A DNA stretch of 64,000 bases from an uncultured Cytophagia bacterium. Its GTDB lineage: Bacteria > Zhuqueibacterota > Zhuqueibacteria > Residuimicrobiales > Krinioviventaceae. The stretch lies in assembly GCA_964607755.1 (NCBI GenBank), contig CAZSMC010000001.1, forward strand, positions 81,677 to 145,676, given 5' to 3'. Both the position numbers and the translations under genes were made by a program. Below, in pieces: positions 39,630 to 51,500 of the stretch; within the stretch, counting starts at the first letter, position 1; every line of letters begins with the position of its first letter. The notes beneath the pieces were generated by a model that had not been told where the DNA came from, did no database searches, and was given only the letters and a program-made list of their open reading frames with translations.

Positions 39630-41708
39630 ATGATAGATTTAAAAAACCGCCGGAATATCGGAATCAGTGCGCATATTGATTCAGGCAAGACCACTTTGAC
39701 AGAGAGGATTTTGTTTTACACGAACAGAATTCATGCGATTCATGAAGTTCGCGGCAAAGATGGTGTGGGCGCAAAAATGGATTCCATGGAACTGGAGCGT
39801 GAACGGGGTATTACTATTTCTTCCGCTTCCACAAATGTAGAGTGGCAAAATCACTCTATCGACATTATTGATACACCCGGGCACGTGGATTTTACCGTTG
39901 AGGTTGAACGCTCGTTGCGTGTGCTTGACGGCGCCATTCTTGTGTTATGCGCGGTCGGCGGGGTGCAGTCTCAATCCATCACCGTAGACAGACAAATGAT
40001 GCGCTACAAAGTGCCGCGGGTGGCTTTTGTGAATAAATGCGACCGCATGGGCGCAAATCCGGAGCGCGTGGCCGAACAATTGCGCGATAAACTTAATCAC
40101 AATGCAGTGCTCCTGCAACTACCCATTGGGCTGGAACAGGATTTTAACGGCATCATCGATCTGATTAAAATGAAAGCTCTCTATTTTGAAGGCGAATTTG
40201 GTGAAAAAATTCGCGAGGACGATATCCCTGACAATTACATAGAAAAAGCCATGGAGAAACGCGACATTCTGCTCGATGCTGCCTCTATGTTTAGTGACGA
40301 TCTCATGGAAGCTTATTTAGAAGACCGGGTCACAGAAGACCTGGTTTACGAAGCGGTTCGCAAAGGGACGTTGTCTCGTGAACTCACGCCCGTTTTCCTG
40401 GGTTCTGCTTTTAAGAACAAAGGTGTCCAGCCATTGCTGGATGGTGTGATAAAGTATTTGCCAAATCCGCAAGAAGTAGAAAACATTGCTCTTGATCTTG
40501 AAAATGATGAAGCCGAAGTCACGTTGACGTCCAACTATGATGATCCGCTTGTAGCATTGGCTTTCAAGCTTGAAGATTCCAGATTCGGCCAGTTGACTTA
40601 TATCAGGATTTATCAGGGTACGCTAACAAAAGGCATGGAGATTTACAACCAGCGTTCCGGTAATAAAGTTCGTGTCGGCCGGCTGATTCGAATGCACGCA
40701 AACGAAATGGAAGATATTGATTCGGCCGGGCCCGGCGAAATCATTGCCATGTTTGGCATTGACTGCGCATCGGGTGACTCGTTTACATCCAAAGAAGTCA
40801 ATTATTCAATGACATCCATGTTTGTTCCAACTCCGGTCATCTCGCTTTCAGTTAAGCCCAAAGATAACAAGTCTTCTGAAAACATGGCTAAAGCGCTTAA
40901 CCGGTTCACAAAAGAAGATCCTTCTTTTCAGAGTTATGTCGATAAAGAGACCAATGATACAATTGTCAAGGGCATGGGCGAGCTGCATCTGGATGTGTAT
41001 ATAGAACGGATGCGGCGCGAATACAATGTTGATCTGGAAACGGGCGCGCCTCAGGTTGCTTATCGTGAGAGTATTTCCAGGGCATCCGAATTTGACTATA
41101 CGCACAAGAAACAAACGGGCGGGGCGGGACAGTACGGCCGCGTCTCAGGTCTCATCGAGCCCAATCACGAAACAGATTTCGAATTTATCGATGAAGTCAA
41201 AGGAGGCGTCATTCCAGGTGAATATATTCCAGCCTGTAAAAAAGGTTTTGAGATTTGTTTGGAAAAAGGCACGCTTATCGGTTTTCCGATCGTTGGTGTC
41301 AAGATAACATTGAACGATGGCAACTATCATCCGGTAGACTCATCTGAAATGGCATTTCAAACCGCTGCCATGATGGCTTTTCGTGAAGCGTACAATAAAT
41401 GTAAGCCCATCATTCTCGAACCCATTATGCGGGTTGCTGTTGAAGGTCCATCTGAGTTTCAGGGAGCAATTTTAGCGACCTTGAACCAGCGGCGCGGCAT
41501 TATCAACAGTGCGACTGAGGATAACAACTTTACCGTCGTTGAAGCAGAAGTTCCGTTAAGTGAAATGTTTGGCTATTCCACGGTCTTGCGTTCCTCAACT
41601 CAAGGCAAGGCCGAATTCACTATGGAATTCAGCCGTTACGGCAAAGTTCCGGAATCCATTTCCGAAGAATTGAAAAAAGAGTTTGCAGAAAAAAATAAAA
41701 ATCAGTAA
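39630..41708 (+). CDS. fusA: elongation factor G (stand-alone copy, possibly the EF-G2-type paralog)
   Basis: [21 protein letters not shown]1 motif, [13 protein letters not shown], full five-domain length of 692 aa; not flanked by rpsG or tuf. Confidence 0.8.
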   Translation: MIDLKNRRNIGISAHIDSGKTTLTERILFYTNRIHAIHEVRGKDGVGAKMDSMELERERGITISSASTNVEWQNHSIDIIDTPGHVDFTVEVERSLRVLDGAILVLCAVGGVQSQSITVDRQMMRYKVPRVAFVNKCDRMGANPERVAEQLRDKLNHNAVLLQLPIGLEQDFNGIIDLIKMKALYFEGEFGEKIREDDIPDNYIEKAMEKRDILLDAASMFSDDLMEAYLEDRVTEDLVYEAVRKGTLSRELTPVFLGSAFKNKGVQPLLDGVIKYLPNPQEVENIALDLENDEAEVTLTSNYDDPLVALAFKLEDSRFGQLTYIRIYQGTLTKGMEIYNQRSGNKVRVGRLIRMHANEMEDIDSAGPGEIIAMFGIDCASGDSFTSKEVNYSMTSMFVPTPVISLSVKPKDNKSSENMAKALNRFTKEDPSFQSYVDKETNDTIVKGMGELHLDVYIERMRREYNVDLETGAPQVAYRESISRASEFDYTHKKQTGGAGQYGRVSGLIEPNHETDFEFIDEVKGGVIPGEYIPACKKGFEICLEKGTLIGFPIVGVKITLNDGNYHPVDSSEMAFQTAAMMAFREAYNKCKPIILEPIMRVAVEGPSEFQGAILATLNQRRGIINSATEDNNFTVVEAEVPLSEMFGYSTVLRSSTQGKAEFTMEFSRYGKVPESISEELKKEFAEKNKNQ

Positions 41709-41962
41709 TAATAAAGCCTGTTTCAGTTGTGTACCCTATATGTTTGTTAATTTGTTATTTATGATCTAAAAGGATCATTCTGCCGGTATAGTTTAAAGTG
41801 TTTGGATTTATAGTAATTCAACTTTAATTTAGCATATTTTCAATTTGATTCTCTATGAAATCACTTTGAAATTGAAATTTGTCATTAGATTCCATATCAG
41901 GAAAGTGGTCGATTGAAACAGGCTTTAATAGAAAAACAAAATTTTGACATAAGAGGATTTTC

Positions 41963-42673
41963 ATGGTAAAATCTGAAATCATCAAAAAAAGTCCGGTGCG
42001 GGTTTTCGAAGAAACATTGGAGGGCGGATTAGGTGTCGGCAATTTAGGTGCTGTCACGGCGCGAAAAGGTGTTGGCAAAACAGCCAGTCTTATCCATGTG
42101 GCTATCGACAAATTGATGCGCGGACAGCACGTGTTACACATCTCGTTTTCCGATGAACCCCGACACATCACAAACTGGTACGAAAACGTGTTCAAGGAAA
42201 TAGCCAACACCTACAAATTGGAAGATGCGCTTGAGGTGTACGATGAGATCATTCGCAATCGTTTTATTCTTCATTTCAAGCAGCCACATACGACTTTTAA
42301 GGAGATTTGCGACAATATTAGTGATCTGGAAAAAGGTCTGGATGAAAAGCCACAAATGATCATTATTGACGGGTATCCTTTTGAGAGCGCGTCATCTAAA
42401 GATGTGAAAGAGTGGAAAAAATATGCTCAAGATCAACAGGTGGCAATCTGGTTTTCCGTGACCATGCACCGGGACGCTCCGCATTTTAATAAAAACGGCA
42501 TTCCCGCTCCGGCAAATTATTTCGAAGACCTGTTTTCTGTCATTATAATGCTGAATCCGGCGCAAGATCATATCGATCTGGAACTGCTCAAAACTCATGA
42601 CAAAGCAGCTAATAAAAAGTTGAGACTAAAACTTGATCCCAGAACATTGTTGCTGGCCAATCATCGTGCCTGA
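41963..42673 (+). CDS. KaiC/RadA-like RecA-superfamily ATPase (single domain, COG0467-like)
   Basis: Walker A ARKGVGKT followed by HVLHISFSDEP (KaiC-like GxGKT...LYIS.EE pattern); Walker B-like QMIIIDGYP; 236 aa. Confidence 0.5.
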   Translation: MVKSEIIKKSPVRVFEETLEGGLGVGNLGAVTARKGVGKTASLIHVAIDKLMRGQHVLHISFSDEPRHITNWYENVFKEIANTYKLEDALEVYDEIIRNRFILHFKQPHTTFKEICDNISDLEKGLDEKPQMIIIDGYPFESASSKDVKEWKKYAQDQQVAIWFSVTMHRDAPHFNKNGIPAPANYFEDLFSVIIMLNPAQDHIDLELLKTHDKAANKKLRLKLDPRTLLLANHRA

Positions 42674-43481
42674 ATATCAACGTCCCGGACAAACCGGGAC
42701 GTTTCTGATTCTCATTATTTTAGGCGGATTAGGCTTTTGGGTTTTGCTCGATGCCCGAAACATGTTTAGGCGCAATCGGTTTTTCGGCACAACTTCGCTT
42801 CATACAAAAATTGCTGTTACAATGACGTTTGTTCTGATTATTGTTGGCTTTGTAGCACTTTTGATTTTTGAATGGAATAAAGGTTATGCCGACTTTTCCA
42901 TAAAATCAAAATTGTTGGCTTCTGCTTTTCAATCTGTAACACCTCGAACAGCAGGATTTAATACACTTGACATGAATTCATTGACAAACAGCTCGCTTTT
43001 TCTTTTATTGTTTCTCATGCTCGTCGGGGCATCGCCAGGTTCGTGCGGTGGAGGTATTAAAACCACCACCTTTACGGTTATATTAGCTATGATCCGTTCA
43101 CGAGTGCGGAACCAAAAACAGATTACCATTTTCAAACGTGGAATTCCTGAAGAGACAATATCCAGAGCGATCGGTATTACCTTTTTTGCTCTATTGGCCG
43201 TTTTAATTTTTACGATGCTACTTTTGATTACAGAACATCCTCAGGGTGTTCAGACCGACAATCGGTATTTGTTTTTAGAGGTTATTTTTGAAGTTTTTTC
43301 TGCTCTCGGTACTGTGGGATTAAGCCTGGGACTCACATCTGTTTTATCAACAGCAGGAAAAATTATCGTAACGCTCTTGATGTTTGCCGGACGAATTGGA
43401 CCAGTGACGCTGGCCCTGGCTATTGCCGGACGGCGTTCACTCAATATTCGTCTGGCTGAAGAAAACTTTTGGGTAGGTTGA
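42633..43481 (+). pseudogene. ktrB: 5'-truncated ktrB/trkH: C-terminal half (repeats 3-4) of a K+ uptake membrane subunit
   Basis: TPRTAGFNTLDM and SCGGGIKTTTF selectivity-filter-like motifs; it aligns only with the C-terminal ~250 aa of KtrB, so the first two MPM repeats are missing; overlaps the 3' end of the KaiC-like gene. Confidence 0.5.
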
Positions 43482-43500
43482 TACTTAATTCGAGGCAAAA

Positions 43501-44157
43501 ATGAAATCGTTTGCAGTCATAGGATTATCAAGTTTTGGATTTTACTTGGCAAAACAGCTTGCCGATGACGGCCACTCGGTCATGGCTATTGATAGAAAAG
43601 AAGACCGTATCGAGCGGGTAAAATCTTTTGTTGACCGGGCTATCATTGTTGATGCGACTGACCGGGAAACGTTGACCGGCTTGGGATTGGCAGACCTGGA
43701 TGCCGTTATTGTCAGTCTGGGCGATTCCATGGATGCGAGCATTCTGGTTACGCTATATTTACGTGAACTCAAAACCGAGAACATCATTGCCAAAGCGCTC
43801 ACTGAAGACCATGGTAAAATTCTCAACATCATCGGGGCAACCGAGGTTGTCTTTCCGGAACGTGATGAAGCCAGAAGAATTGCTAAAAAAATTCAAAGTG
43901 ATTATCTGCTCGACTTTTTTGAAATCGGAGAGGGTACCAGTATTATCGAAACGGCGCCACCAAATGAATTTGTAGGATACAAGCTGGGCGATCTTGATCT
44001 ACGAAACAAATACGGCGTGTTGGTAATAATGATTAAAGAAGTAGTGCCGGAAAAAACAGTCATCATCCCAGCCGCAGATCATGTGATCAAAGATACCAGT
44101 ATTTTACTTTTATTAGGCAGGAACGAAGACCTGGCAAAGATCAAAAAAATGAAATAA
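43501..44157 (+). CDS. ktrA: K+ uptake regulatory subunit KtrA/TrkA (RCK_N + RCK_C)
   Basis: MKSFAVIGLSSFGFYLAKQL Rossmann GxGxxG; TrkA-C domain; 218 aa. Confidence 0.7.
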   Translation: MKSFAVIGLSSFGFYLAKQLADDGHSVMAIDRKEDRIERVKSFVDRAIIVDATDRETLTGLGLADLDAVIVSLGDSMDASILVTLYLRELKTENIIAKALTEDHGKILNIIGATEVVFPERDEARRIAKKIQSDYLLDFFEIGEGTSIIETAPPNEFVGYKLGDLDLRNKYGVLVIMIKEVVPEKTVIIPAADHVIKDTSILLLLGRNEDLAKIKKMK

Positions 44158-44274
44158 CTTTTTAATAATGAGATCAAAAAAATCAATATCCTACAGGCAT
44201 AATTAATATTGACGTTTTCCCTGGATTTGACTAATTTTAATTTTAGAATTTGACCAAAGCAAGGAGACTTTGAG

Positions 44275-44742
44275 ATGCCTGTGCATTTTATACGCGTCAT
44301 TCGCGAACTTTCAGATAACCGTTCACGACAGGAAAGTGAAAATTCATTTTTTTACACAGATGTCGACCGGATGTGCACTGGCCGATGGGAACCCAACACA
44401 GATATCACTGAAAGTGAAGACGAGGTTTTTATTCTTGTCGAACTTGCCGGTGTAAAGCGCGAAGATATTACGGTGAAAGTAAAAAATGGAAAATTGCTTA
44501 TCAAGGGATTGCGCCGGTACATTTTGCCAGATAAAAATGTCTATTTTCATCAACTCGAGATAAATTGTGGAGAATTTTTGAAAACCATTCCTATTCCGCA
44601 GTCTATCGAGCACAATGAAATTTCTGCCCAATTCTACGAAGGTCTTCTCGAAATCCGCATTTCAAAAACAGACAAACCTGTGGAAATACCTGTCAGTTCC
44701 GAATGGCACAAAGAAAATTCGCATGAAAAGGAGAGGCATTGA
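44275..44742 (+). CDS. Hsp20/alpha-crystallin small heat-shock protein
   Basis: WEPNTDITESEDEVFILVELAGVKREDITV...GLLEIRI alpha-crystallin domain. Confidence 0.8.
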   Translation: MPVHFIRVIRELSDNRSRQESENSFFYTDVDRMCTGRWEPNTDITESEDEVFILVELAGVKREDITVKVKNGKLLIKGLRRYILPDKNVYFHQLEINCGEFLKTIPIPQSIEHNEISAQFYEGLLEIRISKTDKPVEIPVSSEWHKENSHEKERH

Positions 44743-44748
44743 GAAAAT

Positions 44749-47145
44749 ATGAATGAAAATAAATACAATATAAAATTGGATCCGGATCAGGAAATACTGG
44801 AAAAGATCCCCCATGAACTGTCAATCTTACCGTTGCGCGATACTGTCGCTTTCCCAAATATTGTCACCCCGCTGGTCGTGGCAAGAGAAAAATCGGTCAA
44901 GTTGATCAACGATGTGCTTTCCGGTGACCGGATGCTTGGACTCGTGGCACAGAAAAATAGCGAAGTGGAAGAACCTACGCCCGATGATATTTTTTCTTAT
45001 GGTACTGCTGCCAGCATTTTAAGAATGCTCAAATTCCCGGACGGATCACTGCGAGTTCTGGTCCAGGGTATATCCCGTATCAAACTGCTAAAACTGGAGC
45101 AAGAGGATCCATATCTTATTTATAAAGTGAGATTGACCCCGCATGAATACAAAGAATCAACGGAACTTGAAGCGCTGAAACGTAACATTTCCAATCAGTT
45201 TCAGGAAATTGTCGCCAACGTTCCGCAATTGCCGGATGAACTGCAGGTTGTGGTAATGAACACCAGCCATCCCGGAAAATTAGCAGACCTTGTGGCTTCG
45301 AACCTGAATTTATCGCTTGAAGAAAAACAGAAAATCATCGAGACCATAGATATCAAAAAACGTCTCGAGCTCCTCATGGTCTACGTGAACCGGGAAAGCG
45401 AAGTTCTCAAAATGGGTTCAAAAATCCAGGACCAGGTACAAAGTGAACTGGGGAAAAATCAACGCGAATATTTTTTGCGTGAACAATTGCGAGCGATACA
45501 AAAAGAGTTAGGTATAGGCGACGAACGGACTGCCGAACTGCAAGAGCTTTCTGATAAAATCGATAAAGCGGGTATGCCAGAAGAAGCCGAACGTGAAGCA
45601 AGGCGTGAACTGGATCGGTTGTCAAAAATGCAGCCGGGTGCGGCAGAATATACTGTTTCACGAACTTTTATTGATTGGATGATTTCACTGCCATGGTCTG
45701 TTTCGACTGAAGAACACCTGGACATCGAAGCTGCCCAGCAGGTGCTGGATGAGGACCATTACGATCTTGAAAAAGTCAAAGAGCGGATTGTTGAGTATTT
45801 AGCTGTGCGCACGTTAAAGAGTGATTCAAAGGGCCCCATACTTTGTTTTGTTGGTCCGCCAGGAGTGGGAAAAACATCGCTCGGCCAATCCATTGCCAGG
45901 GCTACCGGACGGAAATTTTACCGCATTTCTCTCGGCGGCATTCACGACGAAGCTGAAATTCGCGGACACCGCCGAACCTACATCGGCTCGCTGCCGGGCC
46001 GGATTATTCGCGGTATGAAATCTGTCGGAAGCAATAATCCGGTCTTTATGTTGGACGAGATCGATAAAGTGGGCCAGGACTTTCGTGGCGATCCATCGTC
46101 CGCTTTGCTCGAGGTGCTTGATCCAGAGCAAAATCACTCGTTTTCAGATCATTATCTCGATGTGCCGTTTGATCTGTCACGCGTGATGTTCATCACTACA
46201 GCGAACATCCTGGATACCATACCCTCTGCCTTGCTCGATCGTATGGAAGTCATCCGGATACCAGGTTACGTGGACGAAGACAAGCTGCAAATTGCGACAA
46301 GGTACCTGGTTCCGCGACAAATAAGAGAAAATGGTTTAAAAAAGAAAAATATCTCCTTTAATAAAAGCGGTTTACGCCGAATTATTCACGATTATACCCG
46401 TGAAGCTGGCGTTCGAAATCTTGAGCGCCAGATTGCCTCTGTTTGCCGCAAAGTAGCGCGAGACGTCGCTTCCGGTAAGGAAGAAATGCACAAGATTACA
46501 TCCGAAAATGTACCTGATTATTTGGGACCGCAAAAATATTATTCTGAAGTGAAAGAACGCACCGCCATGTCCGGTGTGGCAACCGGTCTGGCATGGACAC
46601 CGACCGGCGGTGATGTACTTTTTGTCGAAGCTACAGGAATGCCCGGTGACAATAAATTGACTTTGACCGGTCAGCTTGGAGATGTAATGAAAGAGTCGGC
46701 ACAAGCTGCTCTTTCTTATGCCCGGTCTCGCGCAAAAGATTTGGATATTTCACCATCTAAATTCAGCAAAACAGATATTCATATCCATGTCCCGGCAGGT
46801 GCAATCCCTAAAGACGGTCCGTCCGCCGGTGTGACAATCACAACAGCGCTGATCTCGTTACTCAAAGACAAGCCAGTTCGTAACGATATTGCCATGACCG
46901 GCGAAATAACCTTGCGCGGCAAAGTACTGCCTGTTGGCGGCATCAAGGAAAAGGTGTTGGCGGCACGGAGAGCCGGAATTAAAAAAGTTATCCTTCCGGA
47001 TAAAAACAAGAACGATGTGGAAGAAATCTCCGAGCATGATAAAAAAGGCATGCAGTTCTATCCGGTCGAATCGCTTGATCAAGTTCTTGAATTGGCACTG
47101 AGAAAAAAACCATCAAAAAAAGTGAATGAAAATGACACAGGATAA
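44749..47145 (+). CDS. lon: ATP-dependent protease Lon
   Basis: LON N-domain, Walker [14 protein letters not shown], catalytic Ser motif [16 protein letters not shown] with the Lys region; 798 aa. Confidence 0.9.
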   Translation: MNENKYNIKLDPDQEILEKIPHELSILPLRDTVAFPNIVTPLVVAREKSVKLINDVLSGDRMLGLVAQKNSEVEEPTPDDIFSYGTAASILRMLKFPDGSLRVLVQGISRIKLLKLEQEDPYLIYKVRLTPHEYKESTELEALKRNISNQFQEIVANVPQLPDELQVVVMNTSHPGKLADLVASNLNLSLEEKQKIIETIDIKKRLELLMVYVNRESEVLKMGSKIQDQVQSELGKNQREYFLREQLRAIQKELGIGDERTAELQELSDKIDKAGMPEEAEREARRELDRLSKMQPGAAEYTVSRTFIDWMISLPWSVSTEEHLDIEAAQQVLDEDHYDLEKVKERIVEYLAVRTLKSDSKGPILCFVGPPGVGKTSLGQSIARATGRKFYRISLGGIHDEAEIRGHRRTYIGSLPGRIIRGMKSVGSNNPVFMLDEIDKVGQDFRGDPSSALLEVLDPEQNHSFSDHYLDVPFDLSRVMFITTANILDTIPSALLDRMEVIRIPGYVDEDKLQIATRYLVPRQIRENGLKKKNISFNKSGLRRIIHDYTREAGVRNLERQIASVCRKVARDVASGKEEMHKITSENVPDYLGPQKYYSEVKERTAMSGVATGLAWTPTGGDVLFVEATGMPGDNKLTLTGQLGDVMKESAQAALSYARSRAKDLDISPSKFSKTDIHIHVPAGAIPKDGPSAGVTITTALISLLKDKPVRNDIAMTGEITLRGKVLPVGGIKEKVLAARRAGIKKVILPDKNKNDVEEISEHDKKGMQFYPVESLDQVLELALRKKPSKKVNENDTG

Positions 47146-48544
47146 TTTTAGCAAACTGGCTGATAAATGCAAGCAGATCAACCAGGAACATCTTTTAACC
47201 TTTTGGAACGAACTGGACACAAAACAAAAAGAGCAACTTGAGGAGCAAATCAATCAACTCGAGGCGGATCTGATCCGCAAACTTCAGACCCTGCTCAAGG
47301 AAAAAGCCAGTCCGAATGACAAAGCCAGGGCTACGTTAGAACCCATGCCGGTGATCACTTTACCCAAAACAGATGCAGAGCGAAAGACTTTTCAAAGGTA
47401 CAAACAGCGTGGCGAGGACATGCTTCGACAGGGCAAAATGGCTGTCATTCTGGTCGCTGGCGGCCAGGGAACACGTCTTGGTTTTCCGCATCCCAAGGGA
47501 ATGTTTCCTGTCGGACCGGTCTCGAACCGAACACTTTTTCAATATCACACCGAAAAGATCCGTGCGCTCGAGCAACGGTATCGGGTCACTCTTCCTTTTT
47601 ATATCATGACCAGTCCATTAAACCGCAATGAGACAGAAAATTTTTTCAGGCGAAATAATTATTTTGGCAAATCCCCCGACTCTATTTTTTTTGAGCAGGG
47701 CATGCTTCCGGCAATGGATGATAATGGCCGCATTTATTTGCGTGACCGCGATGCTCTTTTTATGTCCCCGGATGGTCACGGCGGTCTGTTACGAGCCTTG
47801 GCAAAAAAAGGATTGCTAAAAGATATGCGCCAAAGAGGTGTTGAATATATGTTTTACTTTCAAGTCGATAATCCTCTGGTCAAAATCTGCGATCCGGTTT
47901 ATATCGGCGGTCATATTGAGCAGAGAGCTGAAATGTCAGTGAAAACCATTTACAAGCGTTCCTGGGATGAAAAGCTCGGCGTTCCGGGTATCCGCAACGG
48001 TCAGCGGGTGATTATTGAATATTCCGAACTCTCCGAGCAAGATAAAAAAGCAAAAACAAGTGACGGCACATTCAAATATGGCCAGGGCAGTATTGCCATT
48101 CATTTGTTTAATCTCGGTTTTTTTGAGCGGTTATCTGAATCCGAATATTTACCCTTTCATGTTGCGCATAAAAAAATTGAGCACATCACCCCAGAAGGTG
48201 AAATGGTGGAACCTGAAGAACCAAACGGATTCAAGTTCGAGCAATTCATTTTTGACGCCCTGCCCCGAGCAAAAGAGGTGATGATTATGGAGACGGACAG
48301 AGATGAAGAATTCAGTCCGATAAAAAACGCCGATGGAGAAGACTCGCCAGCCACAGCCCGCCAGGACCTGTCCAATCTATTTGCTGGCTGGCTGGAAGAC
48401 TGTCAAGTGGATGTAAAACGCGACAGTGCCGGTAATGCACTAAACAGGATAGAAATCAGTCCGCTGTACGCACTGGATAAAAGTGACCTTGAACATAAAT
48501 TACCAGAAAATTTTATTGCCAGGGGAGATGTCCTCCTGGAATAA
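47126..48544 (+). CDS. UDPGP-family UDP-sugar pyrophosphorylase (UAP1/UGP-like, eukaryotic-type fold)
   Basis: LVAGGQGTRLGFPHPKGMFPVG nucleotide-binding loop and YIMTSPLN motif of the UDPGP family. Confidence 0.6.
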   Translation: MKMTQDNFSKLADKCKQINQEHLLTFWNELDTKQKEQLEEQINQLEADLIRKLQTLLKEKASPNDKARATLEPMPVITLPKTDAERKTFQRYKQRGEDMLRQGKMAVILVAGGQGTRLGFPHPKGMFPVGPVSNRTLFQYHTEKIRALEQRYRVTLPFYIMTSPLNRNETENFFRRNNYFGKSPDSIFFEQGMLPAMDDNGRIYLRDRDALFMSPDGHGGLLRALAKKGLLKDMRQRGVEYMFYFQVDNPLVKICDPVYIGGHIEQRAEMSVKTIYKRSWDEKLGVPGIRNGQRVIIEYSELSEQDKKAKTSDGTFKYGQGSIAIHLFNLGFFERLSESEYLPFHVAHKKIEHITPEGEMVEPEEPNGFKFEQFIFDALPRAKEVMIMETDRDEEFSPIKNADGEDSPATARQDLSNLFAGWLEDCQVDVKRDSAGNALNRIEISPLYALDKSDLEHKLPENFIARGDVLLE

Positions 48545-48583
48545 CATTTTCAGCCCCAGACTCTGTATAAAAGGATAACACGA

Positions 48584-51500
48584 GTGACAAAAAAAAGCAG
48601 AAACACTGAGGTTACAAAACGGCCCGTTTGGAAACGAGTGGGGCGTTTTTTTATTTTTTTCGTCCCTGGTCTTGTCGTTCTTTTTTTGTTACTTGGCCTT
48701 GCGCTTCATATCTATCTCACACCGGAACGCGTTGGAAAATTTGCTGCACATACACTGCAAAAAAATTATCACCAGCATCTCGAGATGGAACCAGTGCATT
48801 TCAGTCTTTTTAATGGGCTGGAATACCGCAATATCCGATTATCAGCTTTGCCAGATTCAGTGCCCGTGTCCTCATCTCTTCCTGATATGACTTTAAAGGC
48901 GGACCGGTTGTACATTAAATACAGTCTGCTGCGTTTGTTTTACCGCGAATTTGTTATTAAAAAGATCATACTTGACAATCCAGAGCTGGAAATCTCAATG
49001 ACTGCTGAACCTCCGAAAACAGTAAAAAGTCAGGCAGATATTGCAGAAACTTCTGTAACAAAAGATACTCTTTTTTCTCCGCTGGAGATAAAACTCAATA
49101 CCGTGCAATTAAACAATGCCCGCATCACCGCCAACTTGCAAGACTCGCTGCAAAGTCAACACATTTTTCTGAGCAATTTGAGCATCACGCTGGATAATGT
49201 TAAAACGCCAAGAGGAGATATTTTGGCATCGAACAACGCTCTGGGCGGTGATTTTGGACTATTTCTGAAAAAGGCGGATTTTGCCTATCGCAAAAAAGGT
49301 TTGCCAGAGGAGACTGTCGATATTAACGGCACTGTTGATCTAAAATCGCGCCTGTTTATCAATTCATTAAATGATATTACTTTTACACTGAACCTTGAAC
49401 TGTTAAACGCTGAATTAAAAGATGCTGAACAGTTGACAATAAAAATCGATTTTCCTGTTCGCACAAACATTAACGGACAGGCCGATGTTGGAAAAGGTAT
49501 TGTCGAATGTGATCCCATCAGCTTTATAGTTCAGGATCAAACATGGCTGGACCTCTCGCTGCGGGCAGATAGTATTCTCACTGTTCCATACATTTCTGCG
49601 TCGATGAACGAAAGCAGAATTCCCATTGATCAGCTCTTCTCACTGAGTCAAAAATTTATTCCGGATTCGCTTTTCCCGGATTATTATCTGCATAATAAAA
49701 AAGCTGCCATCTCCTTTGCCGGTACGTCACTTAAAGGACATCTGCCGGATTCACTTGCAAAACATAAACTCGACATTAACGCTGTGATTAACCTCTCGGA
49801 TTTTGGCATCACGCTCAATAATGGCGAATATTTAATTGAAAATTTTCATTTTTCCACTGACCTCAAAAGTGTGTTTTCTTTTCACGGACTGGAAAAAACC
49901 GTATCATCGGTATCCATGAACCTTGATTCCCTGTCTGTCATGACCGTCGAAAATATGCCGCTAACCTCCGGACCGGCAGAAATAGACGTTGCCGCAGAAC
50001 TTGATCAGTTTTCTCCACGAACGATTAGCGGTGAAATGAGTTTCCCTGATTTGGTTGGCGCAGATTTCTCTGGCGGATTTTCGTTATCCTCGTCATCAAC
50101 AGTCGAAAATTTGAGCGGTAAAGCAATGTTTACAATAGCCAACTTTGACCTTCGTCGCCTGCCAGACACGCCAGCGCAAGGCACTGTTGGAGCTTCTTTA
50201 TCAATTGATGTCAATACACTCGAGTCAATAGCTGCTCATTTTAGGGTGAACACAACTCCTGTCACTCTTGAAAACGGAGCAAGTTATACCTTTCCGGAAA
50301 TGCATTTTTCGACTGACGCTTTTGCTCGAACAGATGTTCAGATACAGACGGTCTACCTTGATTCCCTTTACGCGGCATTTAACGATATTTTGCACATGCA
50401 CGCTAATGGTTCGTTCACAAATGAACCTGTTAAGAAGATGCATCTTAATATTGCCGATTTCAAAATAGAGCACACCAAACTTGTCGACTTTATGCCGCTT
50501 TCTCCGGGCGATCCACTCCAGGAACTTGAGGTCTCCGGTTTTACATCCCTTTCAGGTTATGCAGATGCAACGATGGACGGAGATTCGTTAACATTTGATG
50601 TTCAAACTCGGCTCTCTGCTCCAGACATTTCTGTTGATTATCAACCGGCGCAATTTTCCATAAGCGACATAAAATTTCAAACGTTTTTGGATATGAATTC
50701 CCAAAAAGGTTTGAAAAGCCGTGTCTCACTTGATATCGGTAAGGCGAATCTGTTGACGCTCCGCAGACAAGCCTTTACCAATAGTGCCATGAAATTGCAG
50801 TTGTCGAGTCAGGATTTTAATACATTCAAAGTGGACAGCGGCTACATCTCTTTGCCTGATCTGCACTTTTACACACAGTTCGATGCACAAGCTGAAAATG
50901 TGCAAAGCGATCCCCGCATCGATGCCAGACTTGTCATGGATTTCAATGTGCAGGATTCACTGCAAATTATAAGAGATCTTGTTGTTTCCGGAAAAAGTAA
51001 TCTCACCGCAGCTCTTGTTGCAGATACCAGCACAGCTATACTGGATTGCCGGCTCGAAAGCGACAACGTCAATGTTTTCGCAGGAATGAACACAGTCATT
51101 GAAAACATTTTTGCAGATGTCACAATACATCAACAGATTGATCTTGAAAGAGGACTGTTGATTGGCACGGAAAAGCCTCTAATACAAACACCTCACCACC
51201 GGATGCCGGATTACATGTTGTACCGTTCCTATTTTCAGCCATCAGATCAATCCGGTGTCTCTCAGAGCACAATCAAAATTGAGCGGATTGTTTCCGGCGA
51301 ATATGAATTGAATAACGCAATCGTTACAGCCTTTTTCGGCAATGGCCGGATCGAAGTACCTCACTTTTATTTGGATGTTTATAACGGCAATATCGGCGGA
51401 TGGGTATCGATAGACGCTGCAAACAAAAAGCCAGAGAACGTTTCATACAAACTATCAGCCAACGTCTCTGGTGTAAACTCTGCTTATCTTCTCGCGCGCG

